Assembly: GCA_033764315.1 (NCBI GenBank)
Contig: JANRJA010000125.1
Coordinates: 1 to 43,472, forward strand
Direction: 5' to 3'
DNA length: 43,472 nt
DNA from: Oculatellaceae cyanobacterium bins.114
GTDB taxonomy: Bacteria; Cyanobacteriota; Cyanobacteriia; Elainellales; Elainellaceae
Part shown: piece after piece, positions 39,498 through 43,472 of the stretch
How positions within the stretch are numbered: position 1 is the first letter of the stretch
Layout of the letters: every line of letters begins with the position of its first letter
Program-made: the position numbers and the translations under genes
Notes under the pieces: generated by a model
Told to the model about the DNA's origin: nothing
The model's database searches: none
The model's input: only the letters and a program-made list of their open reading frames with translations

Positions 39498-39620
39498 GCT
39501 AGTTTAAAGAGTTAGCAGTCAGATTAAAATCAAACAGCTAGATTAGTATTACTACCATTAGTATTACAAGCGTTAGCACTCAATTTAGGCAAAACCCGGT
39601 TTTGCAGGATATATCTGCTT

Positions 39621-40463
39621 ATGATGGAGTCTATTTTTGCCGCGATCGCCCTTTTGATTATTGGCTATACCGTCGGCTCCGTAAAAATTATTAATCAAGG
39701 TAATGAAGCATTGGTTGAGCGATTGGGGCGTTATAACCGCAAACTGGTGCCTGGTCTAAACTTTATTGTTCCTTTCCTCGACACGATCGTGCTGGAAGAG
39801 TCAATGCGGGAACGGGTGCTAGACACTCAACCGCAAGAAGCCATCACCAAAGATAACGTGTCTGTGACGGTAGACGCGGTTATGTATTGGCGGATCTTGC
39901 AACTGGAGCGCACCTACTATGCGGTTGAAGATGTTGAAGAAGCCCTGCGAAATCTGGTGACAACCACCCTGCGATCGGAGATCGGGCGGATGCAACTGGC
40001 GCAGACCTTTTATTCTCGCTCTGAAATCAACCATGCGCTACTGCAACAATTGGATGATGCAACCGCAACCTGGGGAGTAAAAGTAACTCGGGTTGAGGTA
40101 GAAAACATCTCTCCTGCTAAGTCTGTGTTGGATGCAATGGAGCTAGAACGAGCCGCCGAAAGTAAAAAGAAAGCCGCGATCTCTGAGGCAGAGGGTAAAA
40201 AACGAGCGGCGATCGAAGAAGCAGAGGGAACCGTGCAATCTATGAAGATGATTTCTGAAGCTCTCAAAGCCCAATCTAATAGCCAAGATATTCTGCGTTA
40301 TCTGGTGGCTCAACGCTATGTTGATGCTAACTATCGTTTGGGTGACAGCCAAAACTCGAAGATCATCTTTATGGACCCCAAAGCCTTGACAGAAGCTCTG
40401 GGTGAGCTGATGAATGATCCCAACGCCGAAAACAACAACGGTAAATCAAACAATAACGGTTGA
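39621..40463 (+). CDS. SPFH/Band 7 stomatin-like protein
   Basis: ALVERLGRY, AITKDNVSVTVDAV, TTLRSEIG, WGVKVTRVE, AISEAEG. Confidence 0.94.
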   Translation: MMESIFAAIALLIIGYTVGSVKIINQGNEALVERLGRYNRKLVPGLNFIVPFLDTIVLEESMRERVLDTQPQEAITKDNVSVTVDAVMYWRILQLERTYYAVEDVEEALRNLVTTTLRSEIGRMQLAQTFYSRSEINHALLQQLDDATATWGVKVTRVEVENISPAKSVLDAMELERAAESKKKAAISEAEGKKRAAIEEAEGTVQSMKMISEALKAQSNSQDILRYLVAQRYVDANYRLGDSQNSKIIFMDPKALTEALGELMNDPNAENNNGKSNNNG

Positions 40464-40576
40464 CCTTGCTGTAAAAGGGTTTGGTCTACTGTGTAGATGC
40501 ATCTGACTCAACAATTTAGGGTTGGCAAACGGCTAAACCATAGGTTAGTTTGGCTCCAGAGATAGGAGCTGACTCT

Positions 40577-40966
40577 ATGGGATATGCCGTATTTGTTACG
40601 TTCGATCGCCTTATCCCTAATGTTGAGGCGTGGAATATGTGTGGCAAAATACTTGCTCACAATCTGGATGCTCTGGATGACGTTGCCAACCGTCTCAATC
40701 TGCACCCCTTGACGGAGATGATTAGCATCAGCGCAGAGGACTTAGAGAACTTATTGGATGAACCTGTAGAGGATGCTCTCGAAGAACAATGGTTTTCTCC
40801 CCAAGTTGGTTTAGCGACAGTGACGGCTCTCAGCACGTTTGTTGAGGCAAATGCAGATCAGTTTGATCACTCTCCTCAGCTATTAGAAGATTTAGCCGAA
40901 GTCAAACATTATCTTGAGTTAGCTGAGCAACATAACGTGCAATTTCACTTCAGCGTAGACATCTAG
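40577..40966 (+). CDS. Hypothetical acidic protein
   Basis: AGGAG before the ATG at 40577; EEQWFSPQVGLATV..FHFSVDI. Confidence 0.75.
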   Translation: MGYAVFVTFDRLIPNVEAWNMCGKILAHNLDALDDVANRLNLHPLTEMISISAEDLENLLDEPVEDALEEQWFSPQVGLATVTALSTFVEANADQFDHSPQLLEDLAEVKHYLELAEQHNVQFHFSVDI

Positions 40967-41059
40967 ATTGTTGCAAGCCCTACTCATCTGCCCATGCCTA
41001 AAAGATTTCAGCTAAGATAGCTCTGGCTTCGGCCAGACGTTGTGTTAGTGAGAGTGGGT

Positions 41060-42463
41060 ATGACAATTGCGGTGAACCCTATCTCTGACCTGGTGGTTAG
41101 AGAAGCTGAGAATCGAACCGTTAACCTCATTAGTAATTTTGACGATCCGCGAACAACGGGATTGGTAGCACGGTTTGAGCTTTACAACACAGCTTTTGCT
41201 GGTGGAGTGACCCAGGTATTGCTGTTTGACCAGAGTGGGGCAGGTGCTCCCCTGACCGTGCAAAATTTTCGGAATTATGTCAACGATGGTGACTACACCA
41301 ACTCCATTATTCATCGGTCTGAGCCGGGGTTTGTCGTTCAAGGGGGTGGGTTCACGGGCAATGGACTCAGTACTGTGTTAGCACAGACTCCCAATAGTGG
41401 AGCGGCGGCGATTGGGGTGATTCCGACCGATCCGCCTGTGCAAAATGAATTTAGCCCCAACCGCTCTAATCTGAGGGGCACGATCGCGATGGCTAAGTTG
41501 GGCAACAATCCGAATAGTGCTACTAACCAATGGTTCTTTAACTTAGCCAATAATTCTGGTGGTTCGGCTAGCCTAGACACCCAAAATGGTGGCTTTACAG
41601 TGTTTGGTCAAGTCTTGGGAGCAACGGATTTAGCTGTGATTGATGCGATCGCCACTGTTCCTCGATTTAATGCTACTGGCTTTTTCGGTCAGGGTGCTTT
41701 CACTGCCCTCCCCCTAGCTAATTTTAATCCCTCTACGGCTCCTGTCAGTTCACTGACCGATGATAATTTCATCCGCTATCGCAGTATCACGATTTCTCAG
41801 TTTGATGAGTTGCAATTTACGATAGTCAATAACTCAAACCCTGACCTGGTAGCCGCCAGCATTAGCAACAACCAACTGCTGCTCACAGCGGGGGTGGGTC
41901 AACGAGGAACGGCCACCCTCACCATTCGCGCTACCAATTTGTTAGGAGAAGCGGTAGACGATACTTTCTCCATCTCAGTTGGCAATATACCCACCGCCAG
42001 TAGTGACCTGTTGGAGGGAACAAACAGCAACAACGTGATTAATGGACTGGGAGGGAATGATCGTATTTCAGGGTTGGGGGGCAATGATCGTCTTGTGGGT
42101 CTAACCGGAGCAGATACCCTAATCGGGGGAGTAGGGAATGATACGTTGCAGGGGGGTGTTGGAAACGATGTGCTGGATGGGGGTATCGGTAACGATCGCA
42201 TTGAGGGGGGTGCAGGTAGAGATGTGATCACCACTGGAGCCGGACGCGATACGATCCTGATTGGGTTACGCGAAGGCATCGATACAGTTCGAGACTTCGG
42301 CGATCGCCGCGATCGCATTCAACTGACAGGACCCCTGTCCTTTGACCAATTGACCATTCGCCAACGGGGCAGAAGTGCCTTCATTGGAGTCAGTGGAGCC
42401 ACGTTGTTGGTGCTACAAAACGTCAACGCTGACGTATTAACTCAAGCCGATTTTATTTCGTAA
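41060..42463 (+). CDS. Cyclophilin-type peptidyl-prolyl isomerase with RTX calcium-binding repeats
   Basis: APLTVQNF, IHRSEPGFVVQGGG, NLRGTIAMAK, SATNQWFFN; about seven GGxGxDxLx nonamers; C-terminal LTQADF. Confidence 0.9.
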   Translation: MTIAVNPISDLVVREAENRTVNLISNFDDPRTTGLVARFELYNTAFAGGVTQVLLFDQSGAGAPLTVQNFRNYVNDGDYTNSIIHRSEPGFVVQGGGFTGNGLSTVLAQTPNSGAAAIGVIPTDPPVQNEFSPNRSNLRGTIAMAKLGNNPNSATNQWFFNLANNSGGSASLDTQNGGFTVFGQVLGATDLAVIDAIATVPRFNATGFFGQGAFTALPLANFNPSTAPVSSLTDDNFIRYRSITISQFDELQFTIVNNSNPDLVAASISNNQLLLTAGVGQRGTATLTIRATNLLGEAVDDTFSISVGNIPTASSDLLEGTNSNNVINGLGGNDRISGLGGNDRLVGLTGADTLIGGVGNDTLQGGVGNDVLDGGIGNDRIEGGAGRDVITTGAGRDTILIGLREGIDTVRDFGDRRDRIQLTGPLSFDQLTIRQRGRSAFIGVSGATLLVLQNVNADVLTQADFIS

Positions 42464-42523
42464 TGGCGGTTCTCTAACCGAGTCAGGACATGACATAGCA
42501 TGCCCCAACCACAGTATTGTTTT

Positions 42524-42629
42524 TATAGCCGTAGTTATTAAGGTTAGGACGGGGTGCAGGGGTGGAACTCCTGGCTGGGGGCACCGCCCCCACACCCCCT
42601 GTGTCCTAAGTTAGCTGGCTACAGCTATA
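42524..42629. mobile_element. MITE-like element with TATAGC(C/T)GTAG terminal inverted repeats
   Basis: tatagccgtag...ctacagctata (10 of 11 match); nested ttaggac/gtcctaa and gggggtg/caccccc inverted pairs. Confidence 0.75.
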
Positions 42630-42695
42630 CAAGATGACTGAGGGTAGTCCTTCCTCAAAAATCATTACTCTTAAAGGACTACCATGACTGAGAAA

Positions 42696-43085
42696 TTAGT
42701 GATTTTGGGGTATTTCTCCCTTACCAGAGGGACGAGGTTCCTCGATCTCGACAGGTTCGCCCTTAATCTGCTTAAAAAAGTCCTTCGTGCTTTCGGGCAA
42801 GGGTTCATCTAAATTCAACTTTTCACGCACATTTTCCAGCAGACCTCCCCCGTTGTTATCTGCTGCTTCAGATCTGGCTTTGGTTTGTTCTGAACGAGTT
42901 CGAGAATCTGAGCTTTGATCAACCTGATAGCTGCGGGCTTCAGGGGTCACTGATTCAGCAAAAGCAGGGCGATCGCCACTGACAATTCCTAGACTAGTAA
43001 TCACTAAAAACAGAACTCCAATGCAAGTATTGGCTAAAACCTGACGTAATTGTTTTGTCCACAGTCTTGATATCAACCTGTTCAT
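42696..43085 (-). CDS. Hypothetical exported protein
   Basis: Signal peptide ending PAFA; ENVREKLNLDEPLPESTKDFF motif; AAGGA upstream. Confidence 0.78.
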   Translation of the reverse strand: MNRLISRLWTKQLRQVLANTCIGVLFLVITSLGIVSGDRPAFAESVTPEARSYQVDQSSDSRTRSEQTKARSEAADNNGGGLLENVREKLNLDEPLPESTKDFFKQIKGEPVEIEEPRPSGKGEIPQNH

Positions 43086-43472
43086 AAAAAAATCCTTAAT
43101 TGAGCTACGTTATTGTTGTGTGGATGTAGGGATCAAGACATCGTTCTAAGGGCAGAGCATACAATAGTTTTGAGTTTTAAGTATTGAGTTTTGAGTGGTA
43201 AGTGGTGCGGGCTGAGTGAGGATCATAAGGAGTGCTGAGTTGAGTACAACCCTAGAGGGGCTTTGTTTTGATAGCTTGCCGTTTGCACGCGAGTGAAAAA
43301 TGATAGGAGAAACTTCTCACAGGTCTATTGCACTTAGAGCCTATCCGAAAACCTGAATTGCCCTTATAGCAATACATGCAAAAGCAAGGTGGATCATCGC
43401 TAGATAGTTTTGTGGTTTCTTCTCCCAACGAATTAATAACCGTCGAAAGCGGTTCATCCATGAGTGTGTTCG

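Larger units (their letters stand above)
432..42974. repeat. HIP1 octamer GCGATCGC dispersed throughout the window
   Basis: Dozens of copies, e.g. near 432, 613, 3682, 4688, 10028, 26479, 29322 and 42969; a known cyanobacterial genome signature. Confidence 0.95.

Noticed and set aside
43252..43472. 69-aa ORF (-) or start of a + strand gene at the window edge
   Set aside because: No recognisable motif; too little sequence to decide.

Overview
Cyanobacterial chromosomal window, most likely from a filamentous Leptolyngbyaceae/Oculatella-like genome (inferred from frequent HIP1 GCGATCGC octamers, heptamer tandem repeats and gene content). About 28 genes are supported. Housekeeping and envelope genes (ppsA, beta-carbonic anhydrase, RluA, GT2, NfeD/SPFH and others) are interleaved with three immune-like or signalling loci. 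(1) A minus-strand cluster encodes a triple-TIR/CHASE2 membrane receptor, a DUF928 exported protein and a secreted haemagglutinin (TPS)-CHAT protease. (2) A NACHT protein carries a 34-unit hexamer coding tract. (3) A plus-strand trio encodes a sigma-like factor, a DUF1822 protein and a CHAT protease-STAND NTPase-TM-WD40 protein, which looks like a protease-controlled sigma/anti-sigma switch with an apoptosome-like sensor. Several MITE/REP-like elements are present; one lies in frame inside a CDS and two supply stop codons. No rRNA, tRNA, CRISPR array or transposase was seen. All family calls come from motif recognition, not from database searches.
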